Below are positions 19,073 through 28,097 of a stretch of DNA of 60,946 bases, piece after piece (position 1 is the stretch's first letter; each line of letters opens with the position of its first letter). Both the position numbers and the translations under genes were made by a program. Below the pieces are notes generated by a model that saw only the letters and a program-made list of their open reading frames with translations, was not told the origin of the DNA and did no database searches. Source of the DNA: a plasmid; sequence record NZ_CP048040.1, one strand, 5' to 3'.

Positions 19073-19717
19073 ATGACACACCAAGAATTGACATTAATCG
19101 CCTTAAAGTGGCTCAAACGTGCACAAAGCGCAGGTGGCCATGGATGCCAAGTGGCATTGAGTGAGTGCAAGACAGGATGGCGTGGGGAAATACCGGATGC
19201 CATAGGGTTCAGAGCAACAGGCCATGCACCCACTGACGGGAGTGTTCTTGTTGAAGTAAAAGTGTCGCGCTCGGACTTTCTTGCCGATGCAAAAAAGACT
19301 CACCGTCAAGGTGGTGGGGTAGGGCGCTGGCGTTACTACCTGGCTCCAGCTGGGCTCATAAGGACTGATGAGCTACCGACTAAATGGGGGCTGCTTGAAG
19401 TCAATAAGCGCGGTCATGTTAAGGCGTTAGCAGGTCCTGCGTTATGTGCATTGGGCAACAACCAGGGGTTTAGAAGACTGCTAGTTGCTTTTGAGCATGA
19501 GCAAGACCTGATTGGAGAAAACTTTCTTCTTGTCAAAGCACTTGCCAATACCGGTGATCCGCAAAAGGTGCTGGATATGCTTAGAGAGGCTAACAATCGG
19601 AATGCGCTTTTAGCTAAGCGTAATGATGATTTAAGGGCGCGCATGGAACGCATGGTGATCAACTATTACCGTGGGGAAACCCAAAATGAAGGCGATGAGG
19701 AATTTTGCAAAAAGTGA
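19073..19717 (+). CDS. MmcB-like PD-(D/E)xK family protein with C-terminal coiled-coil extension
   Basis: IPDAIGF ... VEVKVSRSDF ... YYLAPAGLI pattern; tail LREANNRNALLAKRNDDLRARMERM. Confidence 0.5.
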   Translation: MTHQELTLIALKWLKRAQSAGGHGCQVALSECKTGWRGEIPDAIGFRATGHAPTDGSVLVEVKVSRSDFLADAKKTHRQGGGVGRWRYYLAPAGLIRTDELPTKWGLLEVNKRGHVKALAGPALCALGNNQGFRRLLVAFEHEQDLIGENFLLVKALANTGDPQKVLDMLREANNRNALLAKRNDDLRARMERMVINYYRGETQNEGDEEFCKK

Positions 19718-19721
19718 GCCC

Positions 19722-19937
19722 ATGTGGGAGGTGTATGAGGATGGCTCGATCGTCAATACTGAAACGCACGTACGGTTTGTCCACAGACGAGGTTTATGGA
19801 AAGTGGATTCAGCTTCTGTAACGATGGCACGGATAGCAGGTATTAAATTTGAGCGACGTAAGCTGTACGTGCTTGAGTTGGAATGCAATCTGTGGGCGCA
19901 TGAGCGCAGGTTCATAGCTTTAAAACACGTAGCATAA
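19722..19937 (+). CDS. small hypothetical protein (72 aa from MWEV)
   Basis: ORF immediately after previous stop. Confidence 0.3.
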   Translation: MWEVYEDGSIVNTETHVRFVHRRGLWKVDSASVTMARIAGIKFERRKLYVLELECNLWAHERRFIALKHVA

Positions 19938-20136
19938 AAAAACTAAAGAAACACCAAAATATCCTGTGACCTTGTTTTCAGTTGCTCGGTTTGGAGACCA
20001 ATTAACCCTTGTACAGCACAAGACACCCGGAGTGAAAGGAGTGCGATTAATGAAAGATTGAGGGCGGGATATATTCAAAATATCAAGCCTGTCAGCCCAA
20101 TGACCGACGAGCAATGATGACCGAAGGAAAGAAAAT

Positions 20137-20403
20137 ATGATGGCTACAGATAACCCAACTGAAGAATGCCAAGATTTATTTGACTATTACATTAGTGTTG
20201 CTGTTGACGGCCTGGATAAGCTTCAGATGTGTGATGTTGACCGTGTGCTGGAGCAAGCTCAGAACGTAGATGAATTATGTTTATTGAGTGAGTACATGTT
20301 GGCCAGGCGCAAGGACTTTGATGTTGCTGAGATCATTGAGCTGGAAGCGCAGATCATGGCAGAGCGTGGTTGGATGTCGAAGCCTTGCCGTCGCCAACAA
20401 TAA
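20137..20403 (+). CDS. small acidic hypothetical protein (88 aa)
   Basis: SD AAGGAAAG; 18 bp before next gene. Confidence 0.45.
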   Translation: MMATDNPTEECQDLFDYYISVAVDGLDKLQMCDVDRVLEQAQNVDELCLLSEYMLARRKDFDVAEIIELEAQIMAERGWMSKPCRRQQ

Positions 20404-20421
20404 TGTGGGAACGGGGAAAAT

Positions 20422-20940
20422 ATGGGCAACGTGTACTTTTTGAGTCAGCAGGAAGCAGAGCGTCTAGCGCCTGTGAGCAGTGCAGCTATGATATCCATCA
20501 CTGATCCTGATAAACCACTTGCCCAGCTTGGCCAGTGGGACTATCTTTTGCGCGAATCATTTTACGATGGTGGCTATAGTCGTGAAACGATCCATACTAT
20601 GAAAGAATCCTTTCCGTTTAAATATGCCTCTTACATCGATTCAGAACAGGCGCAAAGGCTTGTTGCCTTTCTCGATTGTTTGATTCAGCAGGGTGTAAGG
20701 GAGATCTATGTTCACTGCTATTACGGCAGATCACGCAGCGGTGCAGTTGCGATGTTCCTACGGGACAAATACGGATTTACCCCGAACAAGGAAATCGATC
20801 GTCCAAACCGTACAGTGTACAAAATGCTTCAAAACCCGCAACGTTATGATGAGTTGATAGCCTGCTACGCCAAGAAAGCAACGATTGTGCCAGGAGCCAC
20901 TTCCTTTATAGGTAAATTGAGGGCATTCCTTGGTTTGTAG
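20422..20940 (+). CDS. CX5R cysteine phosphatase-like protein (dual-specificity/PTP-like P-loop)
   Basis: VHCYYGRSRSGAVAMFL fits VHCxxGxxRSG DSP signature. Confidence 0.5.
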   Translation: MGNVYFLSQQEAERLAPVSSAAMISITDPDKPLAQLGQWDYLLRESFYDGGYSRETIHTMKESFPFKYASYIDSEQAQRLVAFLDCLIQQGVREIYVHCYYGRSRSGAVAMFLRDKYGFTPNKEIDRPNRTVYKMLQNPQRYDELIACYAKKATIVPGATSFIGKLRAFLGL

Positions 20941-21019
20941 TGGCTTAGCAGCAGCGGCTACACGATGTAGATAACCGGCTTCAAAAGGCCGGTTTTTTAC
21001 GTTTGTAAGGAAAAAAAAG

Positions 21020-21033
21020 TTTCGCATGCGAAA
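21020..21033. promoter_or_regulatory. palindrome TTTCGCATGCGAAA (copy 2), upstream of parA
   Basis: Identical 14-mer; 30 bp before the 18-bp operator copy at 21064. Confidence 0.6.
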
Positions 21034-21063
21034 TTTTCCAATAGCACACAGGCGCATCAATAA

Positions 21064-21081
21064 ATGATACTATAGCATCAC
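21064..21081. promoter_or_regulatory. 18-bp operator ATGATACTATAGCATCAC upstream of parA
   Basis: Family member; parA promoter carries both operator types. Confidence 0.5.
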
Positions 21082-21127
21082 ATTTTATTCTTGTAACGAT
21101 GCCATTTTGACTCTCAGAGAGCGTGGA

Positions 21128-21916
21128 ATGCCCGTGAAAGTAATCAGTTTCGCCAACCAAAAGGGCGGGGTGGGTAAAAGCACCCTTTGCCTGCAAATGG
21201 CCTTTTATCTTGTCGAGGCCGGTATGCGTGTCTTGGTAGTTGACATGGATACTCAAGGCAATACGTCGTCACGATTGGCCCCAAAGATTGAACTGGACAA
21301 TGGTTTAGAGCGAAGGGAGTATTATGGCACTCCAGCCTCAGCCTTGTTCTCGGCCAAGCCTATAAATATTAAGCCAATGCAATGTCCTGCAGGTATGGAT
21401 CTAATCCACACGCCGCGCAACGACCCTGATCTTGCCGAAATAGAGCAGCGTGATCTCAATATCGCGACACGACCGAGGCAGCATTTGGAACCTTTCATCC
21501 AAGGCTACGACTATGTGCTGATCGACTGCCCCCCGGCTCTTGGGAGAAAGTTAGCCGCAGCACTAGTAGCCTCAACGCACGTGGTCTGCCCTGTGAAGCT
21601 CTCTGGTTTTGCTGTCGATGGGGTCGAAGACATACTGACAACAATAATTGGGATTCAAGGCACTGAAAACCCACAGCTGCAATTGGTCGGCCTTGTAATA
21701 AATGATATGGACCGATCTGTTAGTACCGAACGAGCCATGCAAGAGTTACATGAAAGCGTGCCTGACATGCTGCTCACGAACAGGATCATGCACAGGCCAC
21801 CTTTGGACTCAGCCACTACGGCGGGTATTCCTGTGTGGAAGCTGCCTTATGCTCATGTGGCAGCAAAGGAAGTCAAAGATGTGTTGTCGGAAATAATTGA
21901 AAGGGTAGACAGATAA
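21128..21916 (+). CDS. parA: ParA-family partition ATPase
   Basis: KVISFANQKGGVGKST deviant Walker A; VVDMDTQGN. Confidence 0.8.
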   Translation: MPVKVISFANQKGGVGKSTLCLQMAFYLVEAGMRVLVVDMDTQGNTSSRLAPKIELDNGLERREYYGTPASALFSAKPINIKPMQCPAGMDLIHTPRNDPDLAEIEQRDLNIATRPRQHLEPFIQGYDYVLIDCPPALGRKLAAALVASTHVVCPVKLSGFAVDGVEDILTTIIGIQGTENPQLQLVGLVINDMDRSVSTERAMQELHESVPDMLLTNRIMHRPPLDSATTAGIPVWKLPYAHVAAKEVKDVLSEIIERVDR

Positions 21917-23070
21917 TGGGCAAGTTCGGTTCACTCCAAACTTTGACGCAACTGACAAAGATGGCTGCGGGCGGGGATAACATGATCCTAACCGTGCAAC
22001 CAGACGAGTTGGTGAGCGAAGAACAGGTACGCAAGATTTTTCGTAACTTGGATGCCCTGGCTGATTCGCTAGAAACCGAAGGCCAGCAGTCCCCTATTAT
22101 TGTCAGCCCCCGTAACAAGGATGGCAAATACGTCATTCAGAAGGGGGAACGTCGCTGGCGAGCAGCAAAGCTGCGCAACTTGGCAGTCAAGATCTATGTG
22201 AACAACACAGATCAGAGTGACATGGATGCGAAGGCTGGCCAATTAATAGAGAATATTCAGCGCGACAATCTGACGGCAATGGAAATTGCGGACGCATTGG
22301 GTGAGATGTCCGATTCAGGTATGACTGGAGTTCAGATTGCAAAGCGCATCAGTATGAGCACAAAATTCGTGTCAGTACATTTATCTTTGCGAAACTTATC
22401 TGAGCCGGTGCGAGCGCTAGTAGCTGATAATGTTACTGGTGACGCAGATTTGCTCTATACACTTGAGCAAATTGCCAAGATAGACGCTAAGCGCTGTATG
22501 GCCATGTGTGAACAGGCACGTGCAAACGGGATAACGCGTAAGCATGCAGTTCAAGTCTACAAAGTTTTGAAGGAACAAAAGGCGGCAGAAAAAGCGAGGG
22601 CTCAAGCCGAAACGCAAGCTCCAAAAATCGCTAGCCAGGATCGGGAATCAATAGTACCTACTACGCTACAAGCTACGGGGGGAGAATCTGCGGCAAGTGA
22701 AGAGACTCAGGTAGCCGCGACCAGAAATGCTGGGCCGGTAGTTGCCACTCCTTTGGAACCGCAGACAGGTTCAAAAACCAATCGGCCGAAAGATAAGAGT
22801 TTGTCTGATAACCCATTCCTGACAGACGAAGAAAAAGCGCAAGCCACTTCTCAATCAAGTAGTACCGAAGCGGTTAATCCTTTCATTCAGTCGGAATCTG
22901 GAGTGGTTGTTACTGTAAGACTATCTGATGACGTTGGCACAACTGGGCGCCTGTTGCTGGATCGGGAGCCTCAAGAAGAAACACTAGCGTGGGTGCGGAC
23001 TGCAGACGGTGATGAACTCGAAGTCGAAGTCTCTGCCCTGTCCATCACCAGTATAAAAATAAACGCATGA
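21916..23070 (+). CDS. parB: ParB/KorB-like DNA-binding protein
   Basis: ParB N-domain GQQSPIIV...QKGERRWRAAKL, HTH LTAMEIADAL; start overlaps parA stop. Confidence 0.75.
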   Translation: MGKFGSLQTLTQLTKMAAGGDNMILTVQPDELVSEEQVRKIFRNLDALADSLETEGQQSPIIVSPRNKDGKYVIQKGERRWRAAKLRNLAVKIYVNNTDQSDMDAKAGQLIENIQRDNLTAMEIADALGEMSDSGMTGVQIAKRISMSTKFVSVHLSLRNLSEPVRALVADNVTGDADLLYTLEQIAKIDAKRCMAMCEQARANGITRKHAVQVYKVLKEQKAAEKARAQAETQAPKIASQDRESIVPTTLQATGGESAASEETQVAATRNAGPVVATPLEPQTGSKTNRPKDKSLSDNPFLTDEEKAQATSQSSSTEAVNPFIQSESGVVVTVRLSDDVGTTGRLLLDREPQEETLAWVRTADGDELEVEVSALSITSIKINA

Positions 23071-23543
23071 AGCAGACACAAGAGCTAACTGATTTTTCCT
23101 CGCAGCTGTCAACCGACTCGGTGCGTAAGCTGTCGATCCTTTGCATGATAGCAAAGCACCCGATGATTTCATCGACCAGCTTGTCGCGTTACACTAAGAT
23201 CCCGGATCCGTCTCTTAAGCGGCATATCCAACAGCTTCGTCGTGGCTATTTTGTTGACATTATTTACGTACGTATGAGCCAAACTGAAGCGGGCATTCAT
23301 GGTGGCTATGAGATCCGTGACTGGGGCATCATCGATAAAGATGAATTGTTGCGTCGTTACGGGCATATGGTTCCAGATAAAATTGAGGATCCACCCGCGA
23401 TTTGGCCATCCGCACCAGCCAAATCCAAGCGAAAATCTGCACTGAAGTCGATCGCCACGGATAAGGTAACGAAGACTGTTCCGGCAGCAAAAAAAGCTGC
23501 AGCCAAACGAGCAGCTGCCAAAAAGGCTATCCCAGTCAAATAG
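23067..23543 (+). CDS. winged-helix DNA-binding protein with lysine/alanine-rich histone-H1-like tail
   Basis: wHTH-like N-terminus; tail PAAKKAAAKRAAAKKAIPVK; ATGA overlap with parB. Confidence 0.55.
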   Translation: MKQTQELTDFSSQLSTDSVRKLSILCMIAKHPMISSTSLSRYTKIPDPSLKRHIQQLRRGYFVDIIYVRMSQTEAGIHGGYEIRDWGIIDKDELLRRYGHMVPDKIEDPPAIWPSAPAKSKRKSALKSIATDKVTKTVPAAKKAAAKRAAAKKAIPVK

Positions 23544-23737
23544 ACCATCTAGATTCGAGTGAGTTTAACAAACGTATGTTGCTGTGTTGGCCTACAACTT
23601 AATCCGGAGACCTGTCCAATAAAGGGATGTGAAGTTGATTTGAAAAAGCGGCTAATCAAGCCGCTTATTCATTTGGGGGACACTAAAGATTAACGATTTC
23701 CAAGGGATGCACCTTAACAAAAGAAGGGGGGCCTTGT

Positions 23738-24553
23738 TCACCGCTCCTCAAAGTTGTCAATGCTAGCCATAGGCTCCCGCAATTCCCTCTGCTTGTTTTC
23801 GGCTTTCTGTGACATGGATCGAAGCTCGGAAAGCATTCTCTGCCGTTTATCCAGCTCCACAACAAAAATGGACCTGGGCATAGAAGGTGAAAACTCAGGA
23901 TGTGCATTAGTTATACACGGTACATTCTGGATGGCCTTATTTTTCAAGCCGTATAGTCCCGCGATGGCCGGCCGTGCATACATTTCAGAACCCTGTACTT
24001 TCTGGCAATGAAGTGCGTCTTCCAGGATGCCTGATAACGTAAAGTGCAGAGACTGGAACCCTTTTTTATGGCAATTATCATGAAGCACTTCGCCATGAAA
24101 TTGAACGATCGTGCAAGGAAGCCCAGCACGTAATCCGTAAACTCGAATGAATGAATTTTGTACACCTTTGGTTTCGCATGGCGTCACCAAGTGTTGTTCC
24201 ATAGGTATGTCGATCTGTTCGAGGTCCTGGCAATGCACTTGATAAATAGCCTCAACTATGTGGAGCAAGCAAGCTTTATCAAGTTGGCAGAAGGCATAGC
24301 GGTCATTAGTATCGAGCTCGTTAAAGTCCCAATGAAAATTCGATACACGCTTCTCCCGCTGTGTAGAACGCAATGGATAAATCCGGTACTGTATTTTCAA
24401 TGGTTCTGACTGAAAGTGATCGATTAGTGTTCCGAGGCCACCCAAACTCCGTTCCTTTATGTGGTTAATGTCTGGAAGGTCACACATGGCACCATCTTTA
24501 AGGATGTAATTATTTCGGTGGGGTGCAGTGTGGAATAAGTGATTCCGGGACAT
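23738..24553 (-). CDS. hypothetical Cys/His-rich protein (about 270 aa)
   Basis: Possible HxD (FHWDF) plus distal His; no family assigned. Confidence 0.45.
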   Translation of the reverse strand: MSRNHLFHTAPHRNNYILKDGAMCDLPDINHIKERSLGGLGTLIDHFQSEPLKIQYRIYPLRSTQREKRVSNFHWDFNELDTNDRYAFCQLDKACLLHIVEAIYQVHCQDLEQIDIPMEQHLVTPCETKGVQNSFIRVYGLRAGLPCTIVQFHGEVLHDNCHKKGFQSLHFTLSGILEDALHCQKVQGSEMYARPAIAGLYGLKNKAIQNVPCITNAHPEFSPSMPRSIFVVELDKRQRMLSELRSMSQKAENKQRELREPMASIDNFEER

Positions 24554-25145
24554 TCTCAACGCCTTCTTTTTTAACAAAAGCCCAGTCTGCCTTGTCCATC
24601 TGCTTGCCTCCTTCGCAGTAGCGTTCCCAGCGGGCCAGCTCGTAGAGCGAATAACCACGTCGAGTTTGAGACCCCGTGAGCTTATCCAGGGACGCTGCGA
24701 TCATATCGGCAGGATTCACTAATGTTCCAAGGGGTGGGGCATCAGTAGTGGTTTCAGTGGAAGCCATCGTGACACTGTGACTATTAGCCAGCACGTGAAT
24801 GTATGCTGGCTGGCGCAAAGCTGCGCCGCCTCGCCCGGTGTTCCCCCAGGCCATTGTTAGTAAGCGGTGCGTTTGGTCGTACCAGTTTCGCTCCTTCGCC
24901 TCTAGCGCATCTCGTTTGTCTAGCTCCCGCACCATGAAGGCAAAAATTTCCACGTTTTCCTTCGTCGGCTCATTCCATGCCTTTTCTCTGAACTCTTGAA
25001 GGTTTTCCCGCAACCATGCTGTTGTTGGAGGATCCTTTAAGAACTGTTCTTCGTAAGCCGTGACATTGGAGTTGTTGCTCGCGCAGCCGGCCAGAATGAC
25101 AAGACTGGCCAGCGAAAAAAGGAATCGCGTGGTTTTGATTTGCAT
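24510..25145 (-). CDS. lipoprotein (211 aa)
   Basis: MQIKTTRFLFSLASLVILAGC lipobox; SD AGGAA. Confidence 0.55.
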   Translation of the reverse strand: MQIKTTRFLFSLASLVILAGCASNNSNVTAYEEQFLKDPPTTAWLRENLQEFREKAWNEPTKENVEIFAFMVRELDKRDALEAKERNWYDQTHRLLTMAWGNTGRGGAALRQPAYIHVLANSHSVTMASTETTTDAPPLGTLVNPADMIAASLDKLTGSQTRRGYSLYELARWERYCEGGKQMDKADWAFVKKEGVENVPESLIPHCTPPK

Positions 25146-25322
25146 GGGGAATATTCCTGTTATCCAGTGACACGATGCACAGAGTATAGGAATGCACAAT
25201 CCACATAGCGCCTGGTGTTGTAGCCCAAATTGGGCCATTAGAGCAGCCGTTGATGCCAGTGTCGGTCGCTAAGATGCAAAACATGATGTATCAAGACCAT
25301 TATTCTCGCGTCGGATGATTCC

Positions 25323-28097
25323 ATGCTGCATTTTCTGAAAATGAAACGATTTCGTCTCGGCGGAACAAACAAGCGAGCTGCAGATTCAACGGACGATTCA
25401 TCGCTATTCGAGGATGTACCACGCTACCCACCTTTCATGAAAGGTTTGCCAGTCGTGGGCGCTCAATCATTGCTGAACTCGCAAAGTGAACTGATTGGAC
25501 GTATTAAAAACGTACTGGGATATCCCAAAGAACAATTTGAGTCTTTGGTTTCTCCAGTGCTAGCGCGTTATGCAGCATTCGTACACTTGCTACCAGCCTC
25601 CGAAACTCACCATCATCGTGGGGCTGGAGGCCTGTTTCGTCATGGCCTGGAAGTGGCTTTTTGGGCAGCGCAGGCGTCTGAGGGGCAGATTTTCCCTATG
25701 GATACCCCCAAAAAATTCAAGGCTGAGCACGAGAACCGTTGGCGTTTCAGCGCCTTTCTAGCCGGCCTGAGTCATGATCTTGGTAAGCCCATCTCAGACA
25801 TGGAAATTTCCGATAAGAATGGCACAACGATATGGGATCCGTTTCAGTGCAGCCTATTGGAGTGGGCCACAACAAACAATGTTGACCGCTACTTTGTCCG
25901 CTGGCGAAATTCACGTATCCACAAGCAGCACGAAAATTTCTCCTTGCTGATCTTCAAGGAGATCGTTGGGCATGAGTCACTGAGCTACGTCTCTGGCGTT
26001 GATAAGCGCACATTGCCGGCACTTTTTGACGCTGTAGGCGGCACTGGTGGGCGGACTCAGCCGCTTACCCGACTTGCCATGAGGGCAGACCAAGAAAGCG
26101 TCAAGCGTGACATGGCTAACAACCGTATTGAGATCGATGAAAACTCTTACGGTGTACCGGTTCATCGCTACGTTTTTGACGCCATGCGCTCTCTCATTAA
26201 CGAACAGACTTGGGCCGTGAACGAGGCCGGTGCCAAAGTCTGGATGATGGACGGTTCTGCTTTCATTGTTTGGAAAGCCGCGGCCAAAGATATCGCTCGC
26301 AAGGTGCAGGAGCTAAATATTCCGGGGGTGCCGCGGGATGCCGACACCTTGGCTGATGTGCTGATAGAGCGCGGGTATGCCCTTCGCAACGAAGTCATAG
26401 CAGATGATGGCGAGGTCTTGCACTACCGCTATTGGAAGATCCAGCCCGTGGATCCACAAAATACCGACGGCATTGCTTTCGAACTGCTGGCTTTGCGGTT
26501 AGATGATGCTGAGCGCATCTTCACTGGGGTGGTTCCAGGTTCAGTCAAGGGGATCATCGGTACAGAGAAAGAGATTGCACAAGACAAGGCGCAACCAAAG
26601 CAAGATGCTGTGTCGCCAAACAGTAACGCGTTTCAAGGCAAATGCCAAATCGAAGTGCCAGAGCCCAAGGTCAATCGCGACACCTCTGAAGAGAATATGA
26701 CTGACACTGCCGGGCATACCGATCCCAGGCTAAATAGTGCAGCTAAAACTCAAAATGAACAGGCAAAAACAAGCTCCGAGTTCATGCCTCCCGATCTGCG
26801 TGGCGTGATCGAGCGTTTGAAGAAAAATGTCACTCCGGTTCCACCACTTGAAGAATCTTCACCAGACGAAGCCGAGACTTTAAGAGTACCTTCGCCCAAA
26901 GTTGCTGTTCCTGACACTGAGCGCTACATGGACGAGAAGGAGCCCGAGTCCGTAGAGCTTGGAACTATCGTTGATGAGCTGCCAAGCAGGGAAAAGGGTG
27001 ATTCAGAAAGTGAAGGAAGAGTACGCAAAGGTGCACTCCAGCTAGCACAAGAACAATTGACATCGCTGCTGGCTAATGCAGGAGAGGCTGGTCTTCTCAT
27101 CGACCAACTCATTCAGCCCATAGTTTGTGGCGAACAATGGTTGGGTCAATGCTTGATGAAGCAAGGTCATGACATGGTGATTCTCTACCCGGAAGGACTA
27201 AGGCCACTTGGTGAACCCTTTGATATCGCGCAGGAGCTAGCTGCGGCTGGACTTGTTGTACCGGATCCAGTCATGCAAGACCGTCTGGTGCAAGTTATCG
27301 ACGGCGTTAAGGTGGTGGTGCTGAAACCGGCAATCGCCCATGCGCTAATGAACATTTTTGAAGCGGTGCGTGAGAGCGAAGTAATTATGGAAAAAAGCTC
27401 CGCTGCACCTGCATCTATTGCAACGCCTCATAAGGGAAAGAACTGCAGAGGCAACGTGCAGCTCGAAGTCCAAGACGAAGAAAGCAAACTATTGGAGCAT
27501 CTTGACACGATCGAGTCGCAGTCAATTGAGACTAGTGCAACTTTTGTTGTGGCAGACCTTGAACCTTGCGGGAGGGTTGAGTTCGTTCGCGAAAGTGCGG
27601 AGTCGACAATCGAAGAAATACCGGCGTGGTTTGACAATCTCCATAAAGAAGGTGCACTTGCGCAAAGACCTATTGTGGCTGAACCCGTTCCGATCCAGCC
27701 ATTGCAGAAGACCGAGGCTGAACATCATTCTCAATCTGTTGAGCTTCAATCTGAGGACATTGGACCAGTTGACTCAACTGTACCCGCCCAGGTCTTGTCC
27801 GGTCCTGCTGACTTAGGTGCAAACCCCGCTGTCGATGAAGACGCATTTGTGCCCAAAACAATTACGGCTAAACAAGCCATGCAACAGTTAATCGAAATGA
27901 TGCATTTGGGGGAAGGGCGATGGATTGCTTCTGGAATTCGTCGTCACGGAGACAACTTGATCATTTCTGACGTCGCTTTCGACCGAATTGTGAACGATTA
28001 TCCAGGAATTATCACGCGCACTCAGCTGCGAACGCAGTTGAGATATTTCGGAGGCGTATGCCGAAGTAATGAGATCCATCTCAAGGTAAGTAAATGA
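25323..28097 (+). CDS. traI: MOBH-family conjugative relaxase (TraI-like, HD-domain)
   Basis: HHHRGAGGLFRHGLEVA and LAGLSHDLGKP motifs; 924 aa; followed by T4CP as in SXT/R391-type systems. Confidence 0.7.
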   Translation: MLHFLKMKRFRLGGTNKRAADSTDDSSLFEDVPRYPPFMKGLPVVGAQSLLNSQSELIGRIKNVLGYPKEQFESLVSPVLARYAAFVHLLPASETHHHRGAGGLFRHGLEVAFWAAQASEGQIFPMDTPKKFKAEHENRWRFSAFLAGLSHDLGKPISDMEISDKNGTTIWDPFQCSLLEWATTNNVDRYFVRWRNSRIHKQHENFSLLIFKEIVGHESLSYVSGVDKRTLPALFDAVGGTGGRTQPLTRLAMRADQESVKRDMANNRIEIDENSYGVPVHRYVFDAMRSLINEQTWAVNEAGAKVWMMDGSAFIVWKAAAKDIARKVQELNIPGVPRDADTLADVLIERGYALRNEVIADDGEVLHYRYWKIQPVDPQNTDGIAFELLALRLDDAERIFTGVVPGSVKGIIGTEKEIAQDKAQPKQDAVSPNSNAFQGKCQIEVPEPKVNRDTSEENMTDTAGHTDPRLNSAAKTQNEQAKTSSEFMPPDLRGVIERLKKNVTPVPPLEESSPDEAETLRVPSPKVAVPDTERYMDEKEPESVELGTIVDELPSREKGDSESEGRVRKGALQLAQEQLTSLLANAGEAGLLIDQLIQPIVCGEQWLGQCLMKQGHDMVILYPEGLRPLGEPFDIAQELAAAGLVVPDPVMQDRLVQVIDGVKVVVLKPAIAHALMNIFEAVRESEVIMEKSSAAPASIATPHKGKNCRGNVQLEVQDEESKLLEHLDTIESQSIETSATFVVADLEPCGRVEFVRESAESTIEEIPAWFDNLHKEGALAQRPIVAEPVPIQPLQKTEAEHHSQSVELQSEDIGPVDSTVPAQVLSGPADLGANPAVDEDAFVPKTITAKQAMQQLIEMMHLGEGRWIASGIRRHGDNLIISDVAFDRIVNDYPGIITRTQLRTQLRYFGGVCRSNEIHLKVSK

